A stretch of 59,403 bases of DNA, filler included, from Sluysia triapertura (Eukaryota): the NCBI GenBank assembly GCA_046118255.1. It is 5 parts of 5 records of this genome, joined end to end, with 100 filler letters (N's around TTAATTAATTAA, not from the genome) between each part and the next. Parts side by side here need not be neighbours in the genome. Positions count along the whole stretch, not along the records: positions 25,997 to 37,223 come from JBJNIA010187146.1; positions 37,324 to 48,328 come from JBJNIA010190275.1; 3 more parts are not named here. One strand, written 5' to 3'. The notes beneath the pieces were generated by a model, which had not been told where the DNA came from, did no database searches, and saw only the letters and a list, made by a program, of their open reading frames with translations. This document shows positions 27,356-39,714 of this stretch, piece by piece (the stretch's first letter is position 1; every line of letters begins with the position of its first letter). The position numbers and the translations under genes are program-made.

Positions 27356-28844
27356 ATGTTAAATAATAGAAATGAAAAATTTTGCAATGGAATGAATTCA
27401 CAGATGATGAATGATTTAATTGTACGTAAATTCTTAGAAAGGCTGCGATTAAGAACAATTCCGTATATTAAACCATTATTAGATCGATTACACAAAGCTG
27501 AAGAACAGAATGTAGAAGCGCTTAAATCAATCGATTATATTAATAAAAAAATTAAAGAAATTGAATGCTTTGTTGATAAAACAATGAAGTGTAAAACTCC
27601 ATCAGTTAGTTCATCAGAAAAAGCAAGTGGAACAGATATTTGTGATCAAAACTCAGATGATTACGCAAGATTGGTAAGTTTTTATTTTTAATAACAAAAT
27701 TTGTGTTCATTAGACAAACAATGTAAATTCATCAACTATAGCACCATGTAAACCACGTACGTCACAAGCAAGATCAGAAAGAAAACATAATACCTCAGAA
27801 AATTGTAATAAAACTTTAAATGGAATAGTTAGATAAATTTATTAATATTTCACCTTAATATTCAATTACAAATTTGTTTTATTTAATATTGGTATCAGCT
27901 AGTGTGTCATTTATTTATAATAATTGTGTAAATGGAAGAAAGACTTTAACATATTTGAGATAAATGCTGTTTCTGTCGACCATGTTTTTTTGGTCGGAAG
28001 TTCATTTTTTTAGGAATTGCAAGATTAAAGAATTATGTATTAAATAATTTTGCTATTATTTTAGGTAAATAACAACAGGAAACAGAATATTTTTAGTCGA
28101 GATCAAGCCTCGTGTTTAACTTCAAATGATTTCAGAAGTAAGATATTTATGCACAATTAATAATTGAATTTACAAAAATATTTTGAAAACTGTTAGTTCT
28201 GAGATACCTTTTAACTTGAATATCTAAAATTTATGGAACATTGGCAAATGTTTTTTGTGTATTTGGTTCATTAATTATTAATCTTCATTTTTATCAAAGA
28301 AAATGACTATTGAAACTTTGTCATGGCTTTCTTTTTTGAACATTTATACGAGTATATCAATTGATGAACAACGTGTTGATCTTGTGTGAAATTAATAAGT
28401 ATCTTAAATTAATAATATCTTTACCTTGCATCACAGATAATGCTTTATTTTTTTACCGAATTCTGGAAAGCTAATCTGCAAAAATACGATAAAAATCATT
28501 TAGAACCAACACATTAACATTATTTATAATTGAACCAATTATTTCCATTAGATTCTGCTGTTATGAATAATCATTCGACATATGTGATAGATAAAAATAT
28601 TAACACTAACACATCGTTATCAACATTCGACATAGAAACGATTTCTTTCAACTTTCTCCCAACTGGAGTTGTATCAACATTCTTCTCTAAACCGACATTG
28701 TCATGGAAACGAGTTGATGAAGGTTAGATATTTTATTTTCAAATTAAATTTAATTGAAAATTAAAGCGTATTTCGAATAATTCATTTTCCTGAATAGGAC
28801 AATTGATATACAATAATAAACAAAACGTAGCAAAACATTTCTGA
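27356..28844 (+). CDS. Hypothetical 240-aa protein (N-terminal coiled coil, S/T/N-rich middle), 5 exons, antisense to VPS13D
   Basis: Exons 27356-27673, 27714-27827, 28065-28137, 28552-28722, 28798-28844. All four introns are GT-AG (phases 0, 0, 1, 1), giving one open frame of 723 nt that ends ...KQNVAKHF*. No recognisable family motif. Confidence 0.7.
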
Positions 28845-28994
28845 AGTAAAAATAATGAAGATTAAAGTAAAATAGAGCTGGTCAAAAGCAAAAGCAACAA
28901 TTCTACTGATAATTATGTAAATTATTAAATTTTGAAATGCATAACACATTCTGTGTGGGCCATTTTAATCCAATCCAAGCTGGAAAACGGACCT

Positions 28995-29166
28995 TTTGCG
29001 CAAAACAATAAATCCTTCCGTTTTTGTTTTATGATAATTTGTTTAATATAATTACACCTGCTTTCTAACGGTTCCCGCAAGTAAATTGCGAGTTTTGTCG
29101 GCTTCTGCACACTAGCGATACTACATGCATGACGTGTTAACTCGTTTCCCGCAAAGAATGTGTTAA
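28995..29166 (-). mobile_element. piggyBac-like element end (TTAA|CACATTCTTTGCGGGAAACGAGTTAACACG), left arm of an inverted pair
   Basis: Reverse complement of 30307-30470; ends at a TTAA. Confidence 0.65.
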
Positions 29167-29804
29167 TAATTTTGTTTGTGCACAACAATTACAACTTGTC
29201 ATAACCTTAATCTTGGTCAAATTTATTTGTTTTTAAAACTGAATTTTTACTTAATGTTACAGTTACTTTATAACATGCTCAAGTTTATAGATGTCTGATT
29301 ATTCATTTGAATTTATTTAAATTTCAATTAAATAAAATGAAAACTATATTCAGTACCGTAACTGGTCTCTGACGGGCCCTGTGCATAATATAAAATTCGA
29401 GTTCCCCTATAGCAAATGTGTCCAGACTAGGGGTGAGCCCCGGATGGGGCGCTAAAAATTTTAAAATTATTAGCTTTTACAAAGTTTTGTTATTCTTTGA
29501 ATATTTTTTGTTGCTTTTTATCAATTCATGTAATTCCATAATTCACGTTCTTGATGTAGAACAATCATCAAGAATAAAATTTCAAAGGATATATACTTAC
29601 AAATTCATAAAGCAATTATACATGTTATGATATTTGGTGTTCTGCTATTTTTTAGCTGTTAATTAAAAATAACGTTAGAAGACACTGCTATCGCAATCAC
29701 GAAATAACAACGACGGGTTGAAAAATATTAATATTTCACAGAAGTGAAATTTTAACAGACATAATATTGCATTTTTGATATAAAGAATTAGAATTTAATT
29801 TTGT

Positions 29805-29965
29805 GCCAAAGAATTAGAACTGTTTTATAATATTTAATTTATAAGAAACAGAAAAATACATTTTGTTATTAAAAAGATGTTTATTTTATTTATGAAGTTT
29901 TTTTTACAGTGGCGCTATGATTTTTTATTAAGTTAGATGCGCCAAAAATAAATATGTTGAAAAAG
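29805..29965 (+). repeat. Dispersed repeat B, shared with 37335-37460
   Basis: aaagaattagaactgtt...ataagaaacagaaaaatacattttgtt...gccaaaaataaatatgtt occurs at both sites. Confidence 0.7.
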
Positions 29966-30306
29966 TTAGTGCACGCCTGTTCCAGAAGATGATGAAAATC
30001 ATTTTAAGTTTCTGAATGATCGCTGCTCGTCGTTTGAAGTAATAACTTTTAATTATATACCATCTCTTATCTTTTTGAATTCATTTTCGCATGTCGTATA
30101 ATTCTAATATACGTGTTTTAAAGTTATATTTTAATGTTTATTTAACAAATATTGTGGTAATAATAAATAATAAATACTCCATAATATATATTAATAACAT
30201 GATAAAATAGAATCATAATTTGGATTGACCAATAATACTTTATGAAAGAAAGTAGAGCACATAATTAATTCTAGTAAGACCCTCAAAGAATAATAGGTTT
30301 CGACAA

Positions 30307-30470
30307 TTAACACATTCTTTGCGGGAAACGAGTTAACACGTTCTGCACATATTATCGCTAGTGTGCCGGAGCCGACAAAACTCGGATTTTACGAATAAGT
30401 GGTTGGTTACGGGAACCGTTAGAGAATAGATGAGTCATCAAATAACTGAAAGATTTATTTTTTGCGCAAA
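30307..30470 (+). mobile_element. piggyBac-like element end, right arm of the inverted pair
   Basis: TTAA then CACATTCTTTGCGGGAAACGAGTTAACACG; ~165 bp of similarity to the reverse complement of 28995-29166. Confidence 0.65.
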
Positions 30471-30961
30471 TGTGTTAAGATATTTTAGATGAATTAGAAT
30501 CAGAAAAATCCTAGATGAAAGTCTACACTAAGGGCATAATCGTTTTCTATAGGAGAGCCCTAAATTAATATTCAATAAAACACTTAGAGAAGATTTTCTA
30601 GAACGAATCAAAGAAACGAAGTTAACTATCTTTGAGATAATAATTTGTACAGAAAGTTAAAACGTCGTAGAATTATGAAAAGCACTTATATTGAAGCCAT
30701 TTACAAAAGACAGGATCATTGACCATGTGTTATTTGCAACAAATAAATGGTTACTTTACGTACTACTTACTTTTCAGAGTGTAACAGTGAAAAAATTACA
30801 ATTTTCTTCAACGAATTAAATAGGAAAATTATTTCAACTGCCTTCAAAAGAACTCTTACATTCTTTTTATGACGGCACGAGACGGTTTTTCACAGCTAAA
30901 ATAGATTTAAATATCTTTCTACAATCAAACAATCTGTTTTTACTCATTCAAACAAAGAAAC

Positions 30962-31046
30962 TAATAATAATGATAATAATAGTAATAATGATAATAATAG
31001 TAATAATAATGATAATAATAGTAATAATGATAATAATAGTAATAAA
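30962..31046. repeat. (TAA/TGA/TAG) compound microsatellite
   Basis: Directly visible. Confidence 0.85.
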
Positions 31047-31084
31047 AATAACTATAATAATAATATTAGTATTGTATTACGTAC

Positions 31085-34000
31085 CTTATTCTGAACAGAT
31101 CCTTGACGAACTATTTCAATAACAATTCTAATTGTATCGTCATTCCAATTTTGAGACGCATTACGATAATATGACGAACTGAGTGTTCTTAATGATGTTA
31201 TCCCAGTCACACCTAATGTCCCCGACAAGATTGGTCGACTATTATCAAATGCAGGATCACGTGACATGTCACGATAGAACGTTCCTAATTTGTCAACTGT
31301 GATTGGATAACTCTTGCACCAACCATCGACTCTGATTTCTATACGATGACTAGAAAAAATAAAATAAAACACAATTTTTTGATGTAATAAAATAACAAAT
31401 CAATTTCAAAGAGAATTGACAATTAGAAAAGTTCTTGGGCCAGCACAGTTGTCAAATATGTAAATTGTATTGATTGAAGGTAGCGTTGTCTGTAGAGCCA
31501 AAAGAATTTAATTTTCAAAAAGGCAAATCTCTTTCAGTAAGACAGTCTTTCTGTTAGTCAGAAAGAGAATATAATTGGTTAGATTATTACGAACTGCATC
31601 ATTTTCACAACTTACTTTCATTTCATTATTTTTCTTATTTGTCTGTCGATAGATAATACTTCTTCAATCTATAAAAAACACATCATTCAGTTTACACACT
31701 TTGTTTATTATATTAGTCATAATATATGTTGACTTTAAATTTTTATAATATTTGACCTTGACACGTAATTGGACAATTTGATATAGTGTGTAATTCTATA
31801 TCATCGACACACAATATAAGTACAAATATGTAAAAAAGAACAAATACTAAAAGGCTGTATATATCAGCGAAACAGAATAAATAATACTTGAAATTCAGAA
31901 AGCATATGTACAATAATTTAAGATACCGTATTTCCCCGAAAATGAGACAGAGCTTAAATTAATTTTTGGTGTGCCCTATTTTCATCTATCGTAAAATAAA
32001 GTGACAAAGTAGAGAATGATGACATATTCTAAATATGGAAAAAAGCATGCAAACCGATATACATTTATGTTTAAAAATCGAACGTGTTTTTGTTACAATG
32101 AACATTTTTAATTTAACTGATTTTTATTATTTTAAGTCACTCTCATGGATAATGTGCAGCAAAGGAGAAATGCTTTGATAATTGGAGGATTGTCTGAAAG
32201 AGAATCAGAATGCTTCACCAATGAAAGTATCTCAGAATGTTTCTTAATTTAAATACAGAAATATTGAATGCCATCTCAAGCCATTCGTTGACTTTTATTA
32301 GGTATCCTAATCGGCTATCAACAAGGGCTTATTTTAGAGGTAGGTCTTAAATTAAAATCATCCTGGAACATCATGCTGGGTCTTATTTTCGAGGAAACAC
32401 GGTAGAACAAAAATAACTGCAGAGAGAAAAGGATAAATGTAATAGGCCATAACATATTATCGACAAAGCACCTAAGTAAGATATAAAAAAAGGAGAGAGA
32501 AAAGTTATATATTAAACTGTGGTGAGTATCGTTTATATATTGTTATTGACAATATAATTAAAACTTAAGCAGAACTCTAAAGCATTTTAGTATCTGAAGC
32601 AGGACTTCAGTTGATATTCTAATTATATCGAAGAACATTTGATATCACAAGACTTTCAGGTAAAAAGTTATCGAATATTTAACTAAAGTCGATTATTTCA
32701 AAAAATCTGAGTGTTTAAGCAATTCCTAAACATTCCTTTCTATTTGATAAATAGAGACGTATTAACACTTAAACGTCCGCATATTTAATTTGCCGCCACG
32801 CGTAAGCATTCGGCATTATTTTAGACGAATTTTAAAAAGTTAAGATTTTAAAAAAAGACAGGCATAAAAATGTTATCAAGGTTAACATGCACGCCTAGAT
32901 CTTTATGTGTCGAAAGATTCGAAAGTAGAAAATATACCGATAATCGCAGTGGAATCCGTGCTTATTGTATCGAATTTTGTCACGAGCTGTTTTCTCAAAC
33001 TCGAAACAAATAGGCATGGTACTTGAATCGGGCACCGTCAACCAGGGACCAATCAATCCGGTAACCTCAGCGCCACGAGTCATCAAAGGATTCGAATTTA
33101 AAGGTAAATTACGGAATAAAAGCGGAACACCGAGTCTGTTTTCTAGCAGAAACGGGGCGAATTCTTCCGGTTGACTGGTAATCGAAGGTCTCCATCTACC
33201 AGGAGAAATTGCTTGTATTTTTCGAGTAGTTAATGAAAGAGTTTCAATAATTCCATCGTCGTTGATATTTGATGAAATACGTTTCCATTGTTCTGTCCAT
33301 TTAAAGTAAGTTTGCTGAGTAATTTGTAACAAATTTCTACTTAAATCAAACTCTAATCGCTTGGTATTTTTTGATGATTTTAATTTCCATTTACGTTCTG
33401 ATTTTTGAGAAAATAATGACATTTCGAATTCCCATGGCTCGACAACAATCGGTACCCAAACAAATTGATTGATATTATAATGCTCCAATAATAAACGAGC
33501 TTTAATATTAATTGTCCAACTTGATTGGTTGTTAGTAGTCAAAATTTTCCAATTGGTACAGAAATCAACCAATCGTAAATCAAACAGTGCCACATCGGCA
33601 TCGACACAATCATCAATCAATACAACAGATACGAACTGATTGTCTGATTTAGCTAATTTCAGTGATACTTGAGATACCGATTCAGAAAGAAGTTGTAGAA
33701 TCCCAGCTTTAGGTGCAGCTTCTTCTGAAATAACAGATGGACCAATTAAGAGTAACAGTTATAAATTAATTTGATTGAAAAAATTGAAATACAATTCGTA
33801 CATTTTGACCACTACGATTTAGTAAATTAAGTAACAAATTAGTTTTAGAAGCTTAAATAAAATATCGATTTATAATGCGTCGCAAATGTGTGGCGTGTCG
33901 ACCTTATCATTTTTTGAAAATGTGATAATCCAGAATTTAATAGGAAAATTTCCACGGGCTGTGTGGTACAAGGTTTTCTTCTTAAGTGTTAATAAAGAAT

Positions 34001-36250
34001 AATGATACTTAATGAATGGGAATATGACAGGATATGCCCATAAATAAGCTGTGTCCAGCCCAAACTCATTAGAGCCAATACTATCTCACCAAATGCAAGA
34101 TTCATATGATAATGCTAAGTTTAATAAAACTTCAACTGAAATACATTATTTTATATACACAGAAAATAATTGTGACGTTATTATACGTAGACATTGAGTT
34201 GGAAATATTAATCATCATTATATTCGATCAAGATATATGTCAAAAGGTTTCGTGACGGGTTGGACATCATGGCTGGTATAAATACAAAGCCCATTCAAGA
34301 AAAATGTCGATAATCGCTTATTTGTTGAATAAAAATGAAGTTGCAACAAATTAAATATAATTCTTATTTTATATTAATGAATTATTATCATTATTATTAC
34401 TATTACTATAACTATTATCATTATTATTATAATTATCATCATTATTATTATAATTATCATCATTATTATTATTACTATTATTATCATTATTATTATTATC
34501 ATCATTATCATTATTATCAAAATGAACAAGTAACTTTAAATGTTCGAAAACATATTTTAAATTTTAGAATAAGAAAATAAACCAAACCAAAGTGAAACGG
34601 ATATTGATTGAAATAATTCAAAAAGGCAATAAGCACAATAAATAATTGCAAAATCAAAATTCATTGATAATATTGATTTATAAATGATAAATCTTGAAAT
34701 CCGTTTGAAAATATTCAAGTTTGGTCAAGATCTGTGAGTTTACCTTGGTGCACGCACGTCCAGTGTCAGGAAATCAATATTATTTTATAAATTTAACACA
34801 GACATGCAAGTGATATTTGATATTTGATATATTATACAAGAAATACATATTTCATAAAAATTGCAAAATTTGCTTTTTACACTCATTGCAAATAATATCG
34901 CGGTGCATTTTACAAATGAAGTTGCTGCATGTTGCATGCAGCGGTGATCAAATATTAGACAAAAACATGAAAAATATGTTTTTCTTTGGTTTTCTTAATA
35001 TTCCCTAACTGGCCTGGAAACTCTTCAGACTTGAAAGTCTGTGGGAGATTGTCAAAAGGAGAGCTTTTACCCATAATTCAACCCAAATATGGAACTTATT
35101 AAAACCTTGATAAAAGTATGGCATCACGATGACAAGATCAAAGACTTGTGCCCCAAGCTCATCCATGGCATGCGCCTTTAAGGATCAGGGAATTATTGGA
35201 TAACAAAGGAGGCCAAACAAGTATACAACAGTTTGTACATATTTGATTTGTAGTAAATTGTGTTGTCACATTCTACATGTTTTGGATCTCAGTATTTTTA
35301 TCTATTATTTTATTTTCACCAGAATTTTTTTGGAGAAAGTAGTTATTTTCCAACATTTTACATTTTCCGTGACAATGTTTTTATACACTTTTGATAAATA
35401 GTTTCACAGAATCCTTGAAAAATATTGAATTTTATCACAAAAATGGTTGTCTTTAGTCTAATAATTTGACCACCACTGCATATCCCAGAGTACATTTTTC
35501 AATCTTCATTCTGTGCACACATATAACATCTTGATCAAATCTTATTCTTCTCAGATTATGTGACAAATTCGTTCTTCAAGAAATTGTCAAATAAGATAAA
35601 ATCATAATTCGAACAGTCTTCTTCATATCGTCCTCGTAATCCTCGAAATATCACCCAATGTCAGTTTTCTTTGTTGCATACTTAATGAAGTACATAACAA
35701 AAGCGAACTCTTCTAAGATAACAGTGCCCCTACTGACGTCATACATGATTACAGGAAAATCAGTGTTATCAGTAATCCGGTGTTTTAATAATATTAGAAA
35801 AAAACAATTTACATGGGATACTTTTTCATTATAATGATTAATTTACCTTTTTCATTCGATATTTCTGTACTACGAGACATTACGATATTTTCATTGGATA
35901 ATGTTGGAGCATTTTGATTAATTTGTTGATTGGATCGACGAATCAAAGATGAGAAAATACTACTTAGTAAAACAATATCTTGAAATGATAAACGAATTTT
36001 TACCAATGAAGAAACTTCAATTAAAACTGACATTTTGATTCGAATATCTGATTTACCAAGTTTTGTTCGTTTAACCATACATTCCGACGAATCAGAACTC
36101 GAATTATCATTTGGCAAATCAGAGCTGATTAAATGAATTGTTAATGGATTTATAATTGAAAGTACGCATGCAGAATTATCGATTGGCATACAACATGATG
36201 CTAAATGCAACTGGGAGACGGTGAGGGTGAAAGAAGGTGGTTGGTTGTCT
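31085..36250 (-). CDS. VPS13D: VPS13D (bridge-like lipid transfer protein), three internal exons; partial gene
   Basis: Exons 36250-35847, 33724-32938, 31349-31085 with compatible GT-AG phases (G|AA, CG|T). Motifs: IRLSFQDIVL; VLIDDCVDADVALF (cf. LIDDC.D.DVPL); EHYN....WVPIVVEPW; FAPFLLENRLGVPLLF; HRIEIRVDGWCKSYPITVDKLGTFYR; RIVIEIVRQGSVQNK. Confidence 0.88.
31926..32402. mobile_element. pogo/Tc2-like MITE
   Basis: TA|CCGTATTTCCCCGAAAATGAGAC ... GTCTTATTTTCGAGGAAACACGG|TA: imperfect ~23-bp TIRs with a TA TSD. Confidence 0.8.
34380..34518. repeat. (TTA/TCA/CTA)n microsatellite
   Basis: Directly visible. Confidence 0.9.
34939..35478 (+). mobile_element. Internally deleted Tc1 (DD34E) element
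   Basis: TIRs CAGCGGTGATCAAATATTAGAC / GTCTAATAATTTGACCACCACTG. Encodes WPGNSSDL..WEIVKRR...LIKVWHHDD. A second copy lies at 40345-40764. Confidence 0.8.
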
Positions 36251-36291
36251 CTGAAAAGAATAATAATTTTATATTTCTTATATAAATTAAC

Positions 36292-36695
36292 GTAAATGGA
36301 CTTACTATGATTTGAACCGGGACCACTCGTCTTATAGCTGCGCAATTCGATGCTCTGACCACTGAGCTATCAATTTTATTTTATTATAGTCAATTATACT
36401 ATCATTACTCTATGGCACTTTAGGCCTATATCCCAACATATCTCACCCAATTCAATTATGTTTATCCTCCAATATCTTGTAAATCATTTAATTCAACATC
36501 AGAAAGGTATTCGATATGTGGGCTCATCAAATGTTAGACTTCATAAAATGGATTTACAAGAAATCGAACCCAGGAACCCTCGCTTCACAGTTCGATGCTC
36601 TACTCACTGAGCTATCAGCCCGTCTAACAATTTTATTTTATTAGTCAAGTACACTATCATTATTCTAAATGGTACTTTAGGTCTGTATCCCAACG
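36292..36695 (-). mobile_element. TRIM-like non-autonomous LTR element with tRNA-like LTRs (Helenus-like): LTR - 93-bp internal region - LTR
   Basis: 5' LTR 36695-36532 (CGTTGGGA...AGCTCAGTGAGTAGAGC...GGTTCGATT...CCATTTT...GTCTAACA). Internal region 36531-36439 starts TTTGATGAGCCCAC (PBS position) and ends purine-rich GGGTGAGATA. The 3' LTR starts at 36438 (TGTTGGGA, A box, GGTTCAAATC B box) and is eroded near 36292. Confidence 0.7.
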
Positions 36696-37027
36696 TATCT
36701 CAAACATCACAATTCGCCGGAAGGGACTTATATTAACAAGTCTGTATGAAACAGTGAAAATAAACAATTTCAGTGTTCTTCAAAAAAGGCACGCGAAAAA
36801 ATTCGGACTCGTAAAGTGAGTCGCAGCACAAATTAATTGACGAAATTAAACAAGCAACGACATCACCCCACCGATCCAGAAGACTGACTGATTCCTTTGC
36901 AAAATCGAAAGTAGATTCTTGTTACCGTTACTGTATATTTTCTAGCAGAACAAATCTAGTATTACAATCATTTTCAAAATCGTAATATTTAATATTTTTA
37001 TTTATTACTCTACTTGCACAATCTATT

Positions 37028-37223
37028 CAATGCCGGATCCAGGGTTTTGAGCGCCTCGGAAAAACAAAATTTGGCACCCTTTCATACAAGAATATACAAA
37101 TTTACTGCGAATTAAAAAATAGTAAAAAAGGCAAAAGATCAAAATTACACAATAAAGAACTGTGTAAAAATTTATTTATTTAAAAAATAATACAATAGTT
37201 ATTTACTTACAAGCGATACAACA
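37028..37223 (+). mobile_element. hAT-like MITE end (CA.TGCCGGATCC...), cut off by the contig end
   Basis: Reverse-complement match to 39533-39714, which ends ...TTCGGCCCTG. Confidence 0.55.
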
Positions 37224-37323
37224 NNNNNNNNNNNNNNNNNNNNNNNNNNNNNNNNNNNNNNNNNNNNTTAATTAATTAANNNNNNNNNNNNNNNNNNNNN
37301 NNNNNNNNNNNNNNNNNNNNNNN
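37224..37323. other. Artificial contig linker
   Basis: Ns + TTAATTAATTAA + Ns. Confidence 0.97.
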
Positions 37324-38383
37324 TCTTTATTTTTGCTAAAGAATTAGAACTGTTGTTATTCATAATATTTAATTTATTTAATTTATAAGAAACAGAAAAA
37401 TACATTTTGTTTTTCTATTAAGTTGGGAGTGCCAAAAATAAATATGTTAAAATAGGGGCGCAACTTACAGAGTTTACGATAAATAAATCGAAGAGGCTAC
37501 TTTTGTGTTTTAATAAGCGCGTAAATTTTTTAATTATTCGTTTAGATTAGATACTTTACGTCATAAAATTCACTAGGAACAATTTTCAGTATTCATTCGT
37601 CGGCCCTCTAAGAGGCTTTGTTCGTATTCACCTGCCTAGTTACAGCTCCTGTTATTATTATTATCATTATTAATAAAATTATGTTTAATTGTATAATAAT
37701 AAATTATAAATTATTTTTTAAACTGTAGATAAAAAACACAATTTAAGTGGTTCCAGAAAAAGATAAAGCTTTTTTAAAATAAAATAATAATAACAATAAT
37801 AATAATAATTATAATAATTTCCAAAAATTATAAAAATTTAAAATACACAAATTATATTTTAACTAATAAATGTAATAAATAATAAATAACTTATAAATAT
37901 ATTTTTATTAAAATAATATATCAAAAATTACATAATAATACTTACATTTATTTTCGTTGTTTGATTTTCCGTTTAAATAAGTATTACTATTATAACTAAA
38001 AAAAGGGAATAAAATTCTTCATTTTATATTAAAGAAAATAAGCCAATGAAAATCGAATAAAATAAAGAAATAATTTTGTTGTAATTACTCTTTTTTTGGT
38101 GCTTTGATAAATATATAAAATTGATGTAAATTAATAAATACTTATTAAATTATTAAGTAATACTTATTAAAAATTTTTAAAAGCTCATCATCTTTTGATG
38201 CAATAAAAAAGCACAAATTGCATTTAAAAAATTTCATTTTATATTAAATGATTCATTTGTACAAATTTATCACAAATTCAATTTCAACCAATTAAAATTG
38301 TCGTTGAATGTGTAGTAGCCTAATTTTGAGAAAATAATTTCATAATTAAATTATAAATTATTTTTGTACCTTTATTATAAATA

Positions 38384-39023
38384 TGTTAGACTGCTTAAAA
38401 TGGACTAACTGGGGGCTCGAACTCGCGATGTGTTTTAAAATAATGACAAGTATTTACACTTATAGTATAAATATTAATAATTATATATATAATAATAATT
38501 ATATATAATAATAATAATATATAATTATATTATAATATATAATTATATAAAAAGGATCAAAATAAATGTAAATAAGAATTTATTATCTGTTGTTGCTGCT
38601 GCTGTTGATTGGTTATTTATTTATATACATTCATAACAATACATTACATAAAAAGAAAGATGGTAAGATTTGCAAACATTCATAAAGAAAATATCAATAT
38701 GGTTGCTGAGGTATTGAAGAATTCAAAGCGGGAAAAAGAAATAAACATAATATTATTTGCCAAAGAAAAGGAAACCGAAAGGTACGAGAATTAATAGTTA
38801 AGTGAGATAATGAAGGTAATGGTCTTTATAGATATTAAAGGAGGATTCTAGGGATAGCTTGATGCAGTGGTGTGCCAAACCAGTAATATCAGCTTTACGG
38901 AAACCTAACTTTTTAAGGACAATATCATTTTCTGGATCCCACTGAGCTCTTAGCTCCGTCTAACAATTTTTAGATTATTATAGTCAATCATGCCAAGTGG
39001 CACCTTTGGCCTATATCCCAACA
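38384..39023 (-). mobile_element. Solo tRNA-like LTR split by a ~510-bp insertion; 4-bp TSD AATA
   Basis: 5' half 39023-~38940 (TGTTGGGATATAGGCC...AGCTCAGTGG); 3' half ~38428-38384 (GAGTTCGAGCCC...AGTCCATTTT...GTCTAACA). AATA occurs at 38380-38383 and 39024-39027. Confidence 0.75.
38430..38942 (-). mobile_element. 5'-truncated RLE-type non-LTR retrotransposon (NeSL/Utopia/R5-like): ORF C-terminus plus 3' UTR
   Basis: 38942-38798 encodes WDPENDIVLKKLGFRKADITGLAHHCIKLSLESSFNIYKDHYLHYLT*, matching the NeSL/Utopia RLE tail GSWDP.ND..L..LG...S..IY..H. It is followed by ~370 bp of AT-rich sequence. Confidence 0.7.
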
Positions 39024-39532
39024 AATATATATATATCCTGTACAACTGTTCAATGAATTCAAAATTGAAAATCAAAATAAGATTTATCAAATAATTATTA
39101 AAATAACCAATCAAATAACTGTTAATTAACATTTAATTTTCACAAAATACTAATTACATAAAATAACACAACTATATAAATCAAAGTCTTATATATAAAA
39201 CCCTTCTTAGTACCGTAAACTCCCGATTGTACGGGCTAATTATGGGGAAGGTCAGCACAGATAATCCGCTTTATTTTTTTTAGATTTTATAAATTAAAAT
39301 CGATCATTTTTTATGAGGCATCGATTTTTATAGCAAGCAATAAATTTTTTTCTTTAATAATACCAAATGAAGGTAAACGGTTTACAAACTGATTTTCAAA
39401 AAAATTAATTTAATTAACTATGTTATTGACTTTTGACTTTATGGAGCACTACAAAAAATCTTGTAATGCAACAGGAATAGCATAAATTATTCCTTCGTCG
39501 CTCCAACTTCAGATGCATTCGTTATGTTTTTC

Positions 39533-39714
39533 CATATGTTGTATTGTTTGTAAGTAAATAACTATTGTATTTTTTTTAAATAAATAAATTTTTATACAGT
39601 TTTTTATTATGCAATTTTTATTTTTTTAATTGGCAGTAAATTTGTATATTCTTGTAGAAAAGGGCGTCAAATTTTGTTTTGCCCGGGATGCTCAAAACCA
39701 TACATTCGGCCCTG
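39533..39714 (-). mobile_element. hAT-like MITE end, second copy
   Basis: Reverse complement of 37028-37223; the terminus reads CAGGGCCGAAT on the minus strand. Confidence 0.55.

Noticed and set aside
28423-28476. Next VPS13D exon (good AG and GT sites on the minus strand)
   Set aside because: It has stops in all three frames and no VPS13D-like sequence.
34335-34580. Tyr/His-rich ORF
   Set aside because: It is the translation of a (TTA/TCA)n microsatellite.
36505-36532. Hammerhead ribozyme core (TTGATGAG...CGAA) between the LTRs
   Set aside because: It lacks the CTGANGA/GAAA consensus and paired stems, and its position fits a primer-binding site better.
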